Assembly (NCBI RefSeq): GCF_030144855.1
Contig: NW_026779593.1
Span: forward strand, 1-64,000
Source of the DNA: Hypanus sabinus
Lineage: Eukaryota
Reading direction: 5' to 3'
Length of the DNA stretch: 64,000 nucleotides
The notes under the pieces were generated by a model. The model saw only the letters and a program-made list of their open reading frames with translations, did no database searches and was not told the origin of the DNA. Shown in pieces: positions 12,160-24,079 of the stretch (position 1 is its first letter; the number at the start of each line of letters is the position of its first letter). The position numbers and the translations under genes are program-made.

Positions 12160-12450
12160 CTTAGAATCGATAGTTTGATTTATAAAGACTAATGTACCAA
12201 AAGTTTTCTTTACGACCCTATCTATCTGTGACGCCACTTTTAGGGGATTATGTATTTGTATCCCCAGATCTCTCTGCTCTTCAGCACTCCTGAAAGTCCT
12301 ATCATTTACCTTGTACGTTCTACCTTTGTTTGTCCTTCGAAAGTGCAATACCTCAGACTTTTCAACATTAAAGTCCATCTGCCATTTCTCAGCCCAATTT
12401 TCCAGGTGGTCTAAATCCTTCTGCAAGCTTTGGAAACCTTCCTCACTTTC
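12160..12450 (-). mobile_element. CR1 LINE RT fragment
   Basis: Translates as LQKDLDHLENWAEKWQMDFNVEKSEVLHF...EQRDLGIQIHNPLKVASQIDRVVKK. Confidence 0.88.
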
Positions 12451-15400
12451 CGGTATACATCCACGGCAAATTTATTTTCTCTCTCTCTTCGTTGTGTTGT
12501 TCACAGTCTTCCCAGACAGCCTCCAAGTCAAAATGTTCTGCACAAAGTAGTACGTCTCATATCGTGTCTGCAGTAGGAAGCAGCGCCCTGCAGGTTAGAT
12601 AATCGGAATTAATATGAAGAGATTTCAATATTTCCACTACTTGCACGGTGAAGCCATGTTTCCCAGCTGGGAAGCCGAGACTTCTGTAGTCGTCGCTCTT
12701 CCAAATATCCGAGGACAAGTAGTGTCCAGGTGAGAAATGGACACCGAGATTATTGACCTCAGCCGGTGAAATTATCTGAGGAGGTTTTATTCTAAATGTC
12801 AACGGCATAGCGTAGGAAATAGTTCGAGCGAAGGTGGATAGGGTTCAGATCAGTAAGGGTGTCAAAGGTTACGAGTGATATGGCAGAGCAATGGCGTTGA
12901 GGGAGGTGGGGAATCTTTTTTCAGGAATGGTTGATCAGACTCGGTGGACCGAATGGACCGTTTAAGCTCCTCCGTGTCCATGTCTAGCATTGAACTGCTG
13001 CAAACACCGCCGCCATAGGCGTGCTGAATAAAATTGCCGAAATGCTACCCAGCGTAGTTTCTGAACCTACCTGGTGCTGAGCTCCCGAGTCTGCACCCGC
13101 CATTTTCGACATCCTGAATTCTATGTTCTCCAAAGAAAACTGATCACGTCACAGGCATGATGAAATGATGACTCATAAAGGAGGACTTGGACATCATGAG
13201 AACACAGCTGCTCATCCGACACCTAGCGTTTGCATTCATCACTGCAATAACTCATACTCTTGACACGATTCCGCTGCTATATTACTACTTCACCTCACGG
13301 TGACAAAGATTTCTCTTCTCCAAAGAATCACATCTTCTCCAAGAAGGATTCAGTACTTCAGTTGTGTCACTGCCGTGTTGCGCTTTTCGCCCTGATGGAT
13401 TAATCACATGCAGACCAGTTTAATGGCAGATTATGAACCCCAAACACCTCTATGGACAAAGGCCGCTGAAATTCCATTGGAAACAGACAGCTACGCCACA
13501 GAGGTGCCCTGCTCTGGCGACAACATATTCGTTTTCAGTCATCTCTACTTTTGAGGATCAAATACTACTTTCTCCGGGATTTAACCGTAATGCCTTTGTT
13601 TGGAGCAACACCAAAGAGGGAGGGGTGGGGGGGGGGGGGTTGTCCACCTCCCGGCCTGGTGGTAGAGGCGAAACATCAAGGATATTCAAGAAACTCCTCG
13701 ATAGGTACATGCCTGACAGAAAAAAAGGGCACAAATGTATTCCAATGCCTGTGTTCTAATCGTTGTGTCAGCCATTCCCAAGTCTTTGGAAATCGTTATT
13801 AATGGACGATCTCATCAAGTACCGGGAGTATCGTCTTTTGGGAATGACCGTGTGAATGACTAGATCAAGATCAGAAGGCACTTCACCTCTACTTTCCTGT
13901 TCACTTTCGGGAATCCAGTACAATATCATATCATCAATCAAATAAGAACACCACGGCAGTATTGACCTTCCTCCTCTGGTAAATGATCCGCAGATTACAT
14001 TTGACCAATAGATTCATCAAGTGTCTCCCGCTGCCGAGTGATCCAGACACTCTGACCATCAAGTTAATTCAGTCTTTCTCTTGCCAAATGTCGTTGCAGA
14101 CGCGTGCTGTTCGGAGAGGGACATTCGCTCCTGAGTTCACCTCCGCTCTTCATATTGATCATAGCTAATCTGTCCTTTCCCTCCGCACCTCAGCCCCGTT
14201 TCCCCTCGCGGTGATCACGACTGCTATGGCTGTGCGTCCTGGCCCGCAGTCCTGTTCCAACCCGAATATGACCACGGCGGATGAATCCGTGGCGCCAACC
14301 CATCAGTTCTTCGACCTTCAGCTACACCAAACACCCGTAATATCAAGGGACCGGCCATTGCAAGAGAAACACATTGTCGAAACTTCATCTACTTGCTTTC
14401 AAGAGGTGAATGCCAAATACATTCACTCACACAGACAGAAGATGCTCGACGCTCGAAGTGACATTATGTTCCCATATCCTACCCGTAGATCCATTTTCTT
14501 CCAGGCATTTATTGCAGATACAACAAACAAAACACGATGGAATCGATAAAGAACTACACAAAACCAAAATCAGTTAGCGATTCAACCGATAAAGATATGA
14601 AGAGAAACTGGGCAGTTTGCTCCATTTGACAATCGAGAATGCATACATAATAGAACCGGAAATTCCTTCTCTTCGCAGACATCCAAGGAACAGAGGAAAG
14701 ACTTGTAGTCTGAATGACAGAAACGTTTAGAACCAGAAAGAATCCCTATCGCGCTCAGGCAGAAAGGCATCAACCACTCTTCAGTAAAATCTTCAGCCCC
14801 NNNNNNNNNNNNNNNNNNNNNNNNNNNNNNNNNNNNNNNNNNNNNNNNNNNNNNNNNNNNNNNNNNNNNNNNNNNNNNNNNNNNNNNNNNNNNNNNNNNN
14901 NNNNNNNNNNNNNNNNNNNNNNNNNNNNNNNNNNNNNNNNNNNNNNNNNNNNNNNNNNNNNNNNNNNNNNNNNNNNNNNNNNNNNNNNNNNNNNNNNNNN
15001 NNNNNNNNNNNNNNNNNNNNNNNNNNNNNNNNNNNNNNNNNNNNNNNNNNNNNNNNNNNNNNNNNNNNNNNNNNNNNNNNNNNNNNNNNNNNNNNNNNNN
15101 NNNNNNNNNNNNNNNNNNNNNNNNNNNNNNNNNNNNNNNNNNNNNNNNNNNNNNTAAGGCGTTTGTGAGAGGGGGACAAGAGGAAGAGCAAGCAAATGAG
15201 GCCGGTGTAGTGAAAGCTACCTGTCGTTCAGAACATTGCAGATCTATTGGTCAACCGCACAAAGTGTGTTCATCATTACTCCATTAACAAAGGATATTTC
15301 GCCGATGCTGGTAATACAGAACAACAAATGTATATATTAAATATGGAGGATCTCAGCAGGTCTGGGGCGTTTCCGGAGATGCTTAAACAATGGACGCTTA

Positions 15401-16032
15401 AGTTCTGGCCTTTATCTTGATATTTTGGGAAATGGCTCATTTCACAGACCGGTACATATAACAGTTGTTCAACCATTTTTTTTACTGCAAGAAGGTGAGT
15501 GAAACGATTAAATAGGCGATCTAAACAACCGATATCCTCAGTATTATATTATATTTATTATGGCTAATGATTTATATTTTAGTACCTTATCTTCTCCTGC
15601 ACATCGCTGTTGTTCTCTTCAAATGTGAGTACGGGCTATAAAATGGACCTCCGTTTGTATTTTGGGAGATATACGCACTTTGATGAGGCATTAATATTGA
15701 ACTTTGACTTTCTACCTTTTAGGATCTGAATAAGACAAGAGATAGATAGCGTGGAGGAAGGAGTGGAAGTGTCCTCTGTTTCATATAACGGGTTCAATTC
15801 TGTACCCGTCAACGATCCATTTTCATACTTCCTTGGTCCCTGCTGCTTTACATTGGTAACACAATAGAGTTTCAGCTATTTCCGCCTTCACCGTTACCTA
15901 AAGCATGTTAAATCGGGAGAAAGGCACGAGGCGGATGCATACACTCATAACACTGCCGACTATTTTGGGGACTGTTTTCAGGGGCGTGTGACATTAACAA
16001 ACTTTACGTTTAGTAAGAAATCACCTTATTTA

Positions 16033-16648
16033 TGTAACACTTACCCTAGAGGCTGATATATGTGTTGGGGAAAAGGACATCCAGCCACTCACCAACCCCA
16101 CCTCCCTTACACGCAGGTGCTGTGAGAATCAAGTTTATGCCGTGCGCACACACACAGTATCAAACTCCCACCAAATACCGTTATGAAATACACCTTAAAG
16201 CTTTTACTAAAACTAAAAGTGTGCTATGCAATACAGTATATAGGAAAGAAAAGAAAAAGCAAAAGGCGCGCAACTTATCGGACTTCAGTCAGTTTAATGC
16301 ACATCGTTGGAGCTCAACCATCGAGCCGTTCGACCCCTCGTCGCTCTCCTCCGACCTCCACGTCCTCGCACCTGGGACCACCCCAGTGGTCGACCAAGCA
16401 GTGCAGCGCATGTCCACCTTCCTCGGTGTCTTCTCTCAGACTCCCCTGAAAAAACAGCGAACCCCCCAAGCTCCCAGCCTCACAAGACAAAATAACATTC
16501 CCCATTGGTTAACAAATGTATACAATCCCCATATCAGCAAGTCTAAAGCTAAACAACTGCGAGAGAAACACCTGTCAGACAAGGAAGCATTCCGACTCTT
16601 AACAAAACAAAGAAGCCATTCTGAGTAACATACACAGTACATTCTACA
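16033..16648. mobile_element. Probable solo LTR (duplicate at 41685-42299)
   Basis: A 616-bp segment bounded by TGTAA...CTACA with near-matching 4-bp flanks (ttta / ctta) and a composition distinct from its surroundings. The family was not identified. Confidence 0.45.
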
Positions 16649-17715
16649 CTTAAAATTTATAGAAAGTGCTAATCTGAGTCCAAAGCATCCATTAATTTTT
16701 CATGTTTGACATTGTTCATGGCGGAGTATGTTCTATTTTCACTCTCACAAAACTCATGATTTAATGAATGATAACCTTGTCTACAAAACTTGTAAGTTGC
16801 TGATTATAATTTAAGAGGAGTTGACTTTCCGAATCATTTAACGACCTCAATCAGTCGTCAGATGTTTAAAAGATGTGACATAGATATAGCCTACGAAATT
16901 TATCGATGAGTTATATGATAACCTTTTCTTCACTTCTCTGACTGCGGACTGAGATATAAACCCCAGCGAGGACTGAGTGAAATATTGATCTGTGGAGATG
17001 AGGATAATGCGGACATTAATCAACTTGCTCACTGTTCCCGCCGTAAATGTTCCACGTCGCAGCACTTTGGAACTTTGTTCCCCAAATCCATCTCATAATT
17101 GAGTTACGGGACGCGAACACGCCTACCAATATTCTGCGGCACAAATAACGAGTCGCCTGGCGGAGGAGGAATTGGAAATCCAGCACATGAAACAGTGACG
17201 AATATCTGATGGTCCAAAGTACCATCATTGCGATCGGCCGGACAACACTTCAAGGTGCCACAGAAAAGGATGGGAAATTGGGAGTTGTACCAAGATAGGA
17301 GTGCTTCTTGTTCTGTGAAATCACGGGGCAGAATTGTGCCATTTTTGCCCTTTTGAAACAAAATTCAGACACCGACATCCTGACAATAGCTTCAATCTGA
17401 TAGGATCATCCACAATCCTATACCGCCAATGGTTAGTATAAATTCATGACTGGATTTGCAACACATCATATGTATTGTCCTGCACAGACCCACACAGTTA
17501 CAACTTATAGTTACAACAGTGCAAACGACAGCATAATTTTACAAAAAAAGACTATGATCACAGTAAAAATGGTCCAAGATGTTAAAGGACTGTAAGTCCG
17601 AAAGAAATCACCACAGTTTCCACAAGTCCCCAGGGTCCTGACAGAATCGCCATCCCACGCCGGCGGCAGAAGTGAGTACCCCCGCTATGCCCGCTATGGA
17701 CCTCCACGCTTTGAA

Positions 17716-17897
17716 CCATTCTTCCAAGTTCTCTTAGACCTTTTGCAATCCCATTCCTACCTCAGCACTATCTACCTCTGCACCTAACTTCCAGTCATCT
17801 GCAAACTTTGCCAGAATGCCATCAATTCCACTATCTAAATCATTAAGAAACAATATGAAAAGAAATGGTCCAAATACTGACCCCTGAGGAACGCCTC
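17716..17897 (-). mobile_element. CR1/L2-type RT core fragment (duplicate at about 43367-43548)
   Basis: The reverse strand translates as GVPQGSVFGPFLFILFLNDLDSGIDGILAKFADD. Confidence 0.85.
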
Positions 17898-18360
17898 TGG
17901 ATATATTGTCATGATCGGAAAATAGGCTTGTGACTTGCTCTACTTCAATGGAACCTGATTATCTTCGGAAGCGTGGGTGGGGGGACGCCATGATTAGTAT
18001 AACGGCTTTCTTTCTGCACAAAAGAAATCGTGGTTTTTGCACTGGGGATCCAGGTCCCGTAAGACAGAGGAAGCCGTATTATTTGTGAGGTTATGATAAT
18101 TAACACCATATGGTACGCAGCTGCGTTCGTCATCGACAAACAGAATCTGCTATATAAGATCCAACATGCAGTCTCTTTGCTTGACTTGTGAATGAACCAT
18201 TAAGGCGCACAGAAACCGTAGACGTTGTGAACCTTACTGCTTCATTTCTCGTGTTTATTCTTATGGATTAGAAATTTTGGAAAAAATTACAGAATAATAA
18301 GCCGGATATTACTTGCGTCTCTGGATAAATATTATTCCAAGCGGAGAACACAAATACTGC

Positions 18361-20851
18361 ATGGATACAGCAAGGAAAATATGCTACCCGGTTATTGCAG
18401 CCATCGGCGTCCCTGGTAAGGCTTCCAAGTTCTAACTGGTGATCAGATCGTGATATTTTATTTCAACATCTCGCTCGTCATTTTATCTTCCATTTAATCC
18501 AGTGATATATGTATTAATCGATTGATAATTTTATTTCCTCATACCCACTGTAAAGTCTCCCGTAAACATTGGGATTTTGCAATATGTCAAATGAATCGTC
18601 TTTAGCCTTCTCCGAACGTCGAATAATTCTGTGTGCAGGTCTCATTGAAGTCTATTTCTCGCGGCATGTTTCATCCGTAAATCATCACGATCTGCTGGAC
18701 AATTATCATGGACACTCGGGTTTGTTGCGAACGAAAACCTGAGAGATTCTCCAAACGCTGGAAAGCGAAAAGGACAATCGCAGAAAAATGATTGATGAAT
18801 TCACCAAGTCAGGTGCCAATTATGGCAGGTCTTCCCAAACCGTTTAATTTAAGGTCACGGACCCTTCCATTAACCGAGAAGTCCATTTACCCCTGATTGG
18901 GAAATTTCCCTTACAGATGGAAATAGACGACGTTTAAGGCAGAGATATTTCATGGGCACAAGAAACGATGTGTGGAGGGCACGTAATAATAGGATGGGAG
19001 AAGAGGCTCAATAATGAAGTCTCTGGCCGGACACGTCAACCCTTTTATCTGTTTTCATAGATATAACCTGAACGATTTTTTTAATGTTTCTCTGATGTCC
19101 GGTGTTGTGTGGGTGTAGTGGCGGAGTAACCTTTTCTCTGATTGCTCACAGGCATTGTTGGAACTGCTTCGTTCATAATCTCTCTGACAATTAGGTATCT
19201 TTACGTTTACATCGGGGATCGCGCCCCGAATGTTTGACATTCACCTCAACTATCAAAGGAGGGATCCATGGACCGCAGATCGGGAACGCCAAGTTCACTC
19301 GTTGAGCAACATTCATTGCTATATCGTATCAAAAGCGAATTTTGTCTCGTGGAATGCATTAGCGAAATTCAAATACGTGGCTGATAAAAGCCTTCTATTT
19401 ATATTTCCATTCCTGGCATGTGCTTAACCAAACTGAAGGAACAGTTCAGAGTCAACTCAGCTTGTGCTTGCGTATCCTGCATGGCACAGACGGATAAAGT
19501 TGATGGATTTCCTCGTCCAACACCGTAGACAGATTAGTCCTCTCCGGAGGTGCTGCCTGTCCTGCTGAGTTCCTCCCGCGTTGTTTCTGTATTACCCTGA
19601 AAGGTGAAATTTGATGTTCGGACCTGGAAAAGGATGGAATACATCAGCAAAAGCCCACAGTCGGTTTCATTCCTCTGACAGGATGTCCAGACGTGGGACA
19701 GATCTCCACATTACGCGAACATCTGAGACGAAAATATTAATCAAGTTCATGTCTGCCGTGATATTGCAAACAGTGACATTTCCCCTGTGGGTGTCGCATA
19801 GCGATGGCGATTTCGATTATAAATGTTATGACAAGATGTCTAGCAGTGCTGGAATTATATTTTAAAATGCAGTTTGGTTGCATGTTATGCATGTCAGAAC
19901 TCCTCCTCTTTTTTTAATTTATTTCTGACAGTTAACCTAGTGGCGATCGTGGTACTCAGCCGAGGAAAGTGTGGTCTCTCCAAAGGGATCACTCGGTATC
20001 TGGTGGCGATGGCCGTGGCCGATCTTGCGGTGGTGATTATCGAAGTCGGGTACTTCCAGATCGTCGAGGCGTACCGAGCGTACTGGCTGTTGCTTCCGTC
20101 TCCGTTCTGTTTAGTCCACTACGTCTTGTGTTACGTGGCATTAGATTGTTCCGTGTGGCTGACTGTGGCGTTCACTTTCGATCGGTTTGTAGCCATTTGC
20201 TGGTTTAAGATTCAGGCAAAGTACTGTAACCCAAGAATTGCCGGATTGGTTATTGGCACAACGTGCGTCTTGTTATGCTTAAAGAACGTCCCTTATTACT
20301 TCCTGCATCGGGAGGCTGGAATTAGACTTTTTGACGGGAAATGGTGGACGTGCCCGTCCAAGGGACTTCTTCACATGGAGCCTGGGTTCGAGTTGTTTTA
20401 CTGGATGGACCGTCTGTTAAATCCGCTACTTCCTTTCTTTCTCATTTTGTTACTGAACATCCTGACCGTCAGACGGATCCTGGCCTCCAGCCGAGTCCGC
20501 AGGGGACTCCGGGGACAGAGAACCGGCGAAAAGCAGCAGGATCCGGAGATGAAGAGCCGGAGACAGTCCATCGTTCTGCTCTTCACCCTGTCGGCGAGTT
20601 TCCTCCTGTGCTGGTCGACAACCACGCTTGTCTTCATTTTGCTGCGGTGCCTCTACACGGACCTGGAAACGTCCATTCGGCTTTTCATGGCGCAACGGGC
20701 GGGAGCTGTGATTCAGCTTTTTAGCTGCTGCACAAACACCTTCATATACGGCGTGACCCAATCGAAATTCAGAGAGCAGCTGACGATTGCCGCGCTCTAT
20801 CCCGTTCGTATCCTTGTTTGGTTGGGAAGGCAGAGTTTAACTCGCAGTTAA
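18361..20851 (+). CDS. GPR139-like class A GPCR, gene B1 (2 exons: 18361-18415, 19932-20851; 324 aa)
   Basis: Exon 1 is the same 55 nt as in A1, with a GTAAG donor at 18416 and a CAG acceptor at 19929-19931. The 7TM frame is open to TAA at 20849-20851. ECL2 is distinct (REAGIRLFDGKWWTCPSK). Confidence 0.92.
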
Positions 20852-20921
20852 CCGTGATGATTTCACGGTGGTCGCAGAAAGGTTGTGCCTGCGTCTGGCC
20901 GCATCTTTTTAATTGTCGTTT

Positions 20922-20927
20922 AATAAA
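20922..20927 (+). terminator. Candidate polyadenylation signal of B1 (A1 has ATTAAA at 7651; C has AATAAA at 58892)
   Basis: AATAAA 70 nt after the stop codon, followed by GT-rich sequence. It sits at a homologous position to the ATTAAA of the A genes. Confidence 0.45.
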
Positions 20928-22104
20928 AATTTTATTGTGTTGTCTGTTTGTGCAGAACTGCTCTGCCCTTCCTACCTGAAATATGTCTTTCCGGGATAAA
21001 TCAAATTACTTGGCTATGTTCTTCACGGTACAAAGTGCACTCTCTGGCCGCTAATTATGTTCACTTATGTAACTGCTCGTTTCCGTGAGCATCTATGTAG
21101 TCAATCATTTGTCAGTCTCTGAATATGTTAAAACATGCAGACATGGTGAAGGGGGTCGGTTCTTGCTCAGATCGAATCAACCGTCAGAATGGAGAAGAAA
21201 AGTGATCTTTGGACCTTCACTGATGAAAGTCTAATGGTCATAGGGAATGACTGTTGGTGCCAGAGTGGGTGGTTTGAGTATCTCAGCAGCGCCTGACGTC
21301 CGGCGATTTTCACGCACAGTACTCTGATTTAGAGATTACAGCGAATGGCGAGAGAAACAGAAATGAAACATCAGGTGTCCGGCTGTTCTGAAAGCGTAAA
21401 TGCCGCATTGGTGGGATTGATCAATGGTCAGAAGGTCTGAAGATGACAGAACTGCGATAGTAACTCACATACCCATGTGTTATAACAATTGTGTACACAG
21501 TCACAATCCTGTCCGCAGAGTATACCGAAAATTGACGTGGGTGGTTACTGGATATCATTTGTGTACCTAAGTTCTGACACAGACAAGTTGTTCGACGAAA
21601 ACAGCAGGACAGATATCTCCATCGTCAGCAATAAAAAGCGGACGTTTCGGGCCGAGGCTTCACTGCTTGCCCCCCTATTTCAGGACCCGGTGAACCGCGG
21701 GGAGGGGTAAGGAGAAAAACAGTCTGCTTACGTGGCAAGTGAAATAGACCTAAAGATCCGGGATATTTAACAGTGCCCAGGAAAATATTAGGGGAGTACC
21801 GGAGACAACCGTCCGCAAGATGGGCCCAGATACTTGACACAAACAGTATCCCTAGAGGTTCACTGAACCCGTTCGGTTAGCCGGAGAGACACAAAATAAT
21901 CTCAGAAGTACACATCTCCTTTTTTACTACAGCCGAATCATATAAATAGATAAATACTTTGATAGTGCAGAGGGTCACTTCTTCGTCGCCAAGTAGCTGG
22001 ACTTTGAAAACAAGGTGTGATTTATGTCTTCTATAATTTCGGATCTCCTTCGCCCCGCCCCCAGCCACACACTTTCAAATCACTTGCTATCTCTTTTTTC
22101 AGTT

Positions 22105-22140
22105 TGTCCTGACGAAGTGTCCAGGCCCGAAACGTCGACA
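22105..22140 (+). ncRNA. Minimal hammerhead ribozyme motif in a Penelope-type terminus (duplicate at 47816-47851)
   Basis: TGTC-CTGACGA-A-GTGTCCAGGCCC-GAAA-CG-TC-GACA has a GUC cleavage triplet and one mismatch in stem II. Confidence 0.5.
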
Positions 22141-23244
22141 TTGCTTGTTCCTATAGATGCTGCCCTGGTTGCTGCGTTCCACCATTTTGTGTGTGTTGAT
22201 TGAATTTCCAGCATCTGTAGATTTCCTCGTGTCAGAGATTTCTCAATCGCACTTTTATGGTTTAGCACAAGCAAACAGCGCAGTCCCTTTTTGGATGTCT
22301 GAAATATGTTCGGAAGTCTGTACGGAGAATTGGCAATTAGATACAGAATTGTCCAACATTGCGTTCATAATTCAATTGGTACCCTGGGTGTTCAAATTCT
22401 TTACTTGCAAGATGGGTCGTATATCACTATGCATGTGTTAACACTCCATTGAAATTATAAGCTAAAATGTCGACGACGTTTGAGGTTATTCAAGCAATTA
22501 TCCTTATTTGCGTGCTGTTTCCTTAAATACTTGCAGCAGTAAGCCAAATGACTCCAGTTCCCTGCTGAACAAAGGGAAGGCTTACTCTACAATTTTTTTT
22601 TTTCCGTTAAAGACATTTTCTTACCTGAGGTGCATAAACTAGGCATACCTCCACATCCACAACTTTTCAAGGTACAAATACTGTGCCAGGTCGCTCTGTA
22701 TCTTTACATTGGTGGTACATTGGTTCCTGATTCAAATGGTTACGGGGAGAAGACAGGATCAATAGAGTTGAGAGGGATATCAAGTTGAGTAGCGGATCAA
22801 GCGCGACGAGCCGATTTGCACAATTACACTCCAACATGGCACCGGCGAACATGGAGGACACGTTGGAATAGCGCTGTTCGGTTTTAATCGCTGGTTTGAG
22901 GGTGGCTGGTCTGTGGTTGTTTCTGACTTTGGAGCTTCACCGCAATTGACGAAGATGTTAGGAATGTATCGTGTTGTTTCAAATGCAAACGCAGACCATA
23001 ATCCCAGATTGAAGAACATGACAACAGATCTAACGAAAATGTAAGTGCAGTTCTAAGGACTGTCGATATGTGATGGAAATTTCAAATTTATTTTCAAAGT
23101 TCAAGAAAAACATTGTTAAAGTGCCGACATATTCCCACATACCATCTTGAAATTAACGTTCCTGCGATATTTACACTAGAAATATAATACCACACACTCT
23201 CCGACTCTGCGTTCTGGGGTGACTGAGTTCTATTGTCATCGCGG

Positions 23245-23775
23245 CACACACAAAATGCTGGTGGAACACAGCAGGCCAGGCAGCATCTGTAGGAAGAAGC
23301 ACTGTCGACGTTTCGGGCAGAGACCATTCTATAACTTCCGTTAATGCCACTCCTCCCCTATTTACCCCATCCCTGATTTATTTAGTATTTTCCCCCTCCA
23401 CTTTTTTTTTCTCTCTCTGTCTCTGCCCATCAGCCTACCTGTTCTCCATCTCCCTCTGGTGCTACCCTTCCCCTTTCTTTCTCCCTCGACCTCCCGTCCC
23501 ATGATCCTTTCCCTTCTCCAGCTCTCTGTCAATCACCTTTCCGGATCTCAGCTTCACCCCACACCCACCGGTCTTCTATCATTTCACATTTCCCCCTCCC
23601 CCTCCTACTTTCAAATTTCTTACTATCTTTCCTTTCAGTTAGTCCTGACGAAGGGTCTCGGCCCGAAACGTTGACAGTGCTTCTCCCTATAGATGCCTTC
23701 TGACCTCCTGTGTTCCACGAGCATTGTGGGTGTGTTGTTTGAATTTACAGTAGCTGCAGATTTCGTCGTATTTGC
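23245..23775. mobile_element. Penelope-like terminal repeat element with inverted arms around a pyrimidine-rich core (duplicate at 48955-49485)
   Basis: The arm acacacaaaatgctgg...gtcgacgtttcgggcagagacc (23245-23326) is the reverse complement of ggtctcggcccgaaacgttgac...cattgtgggtgtg (about 23654-23734). It includes the CTGACGA...GAAA hammerhead core. Confidence 0.65.
23642..23675 (+). ncRNA. Minimal type I hammerhead ribozyme motif (duplicate at 49352-49385)
   Basis: GTC-CTGACGA-A-GGG(TCTCGG)CCC-GAAA-CG-TT-GAC gives the conserved core, stem II, a palindromic short stem III and a 3-bp stem I. Confidence 0.6.
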
Positions 23776-24079
23776 TTCCTATTGTCATTGCATTACTTTT
23801 CTGTTAAGTTACCGGCTTTCTTATAAATACTGTGCTGCAAAAAAAATGTAACTAGAGCTGATTGGTCCTAATTAAGGATCTCGGTCCGAAATGCCGTCTG
23901 CTTCTTCCTATCCTAAGGTACTTCTGAGTTCCTCCAGCATTTGGTATGTGTATCTCCTTCTTATTTTTATTTCTGTCCAAACTCTGAAGTCTGAAGTGAT
24001 TCAAAGCACTGTTACGAGTTGGTCTTTGGGAGCTCACTTCGAAAATAAATTATGCGCTTACACATTTATAAAAATAACA

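Noticed and set aside
11361-15195. Long ORFs containing X runs
   Set aside because: Artefacts of translating through N blocks. The only meaningful part is the CR1 RT fragment.
16062-16628. 188-aa ORF
   Set aside because: It has a non-ATG start, lies inside a probable solo LTR, and its 5' part is broken by a stop and a 1-nt indel in the duplicate (about 41717 and 41829).
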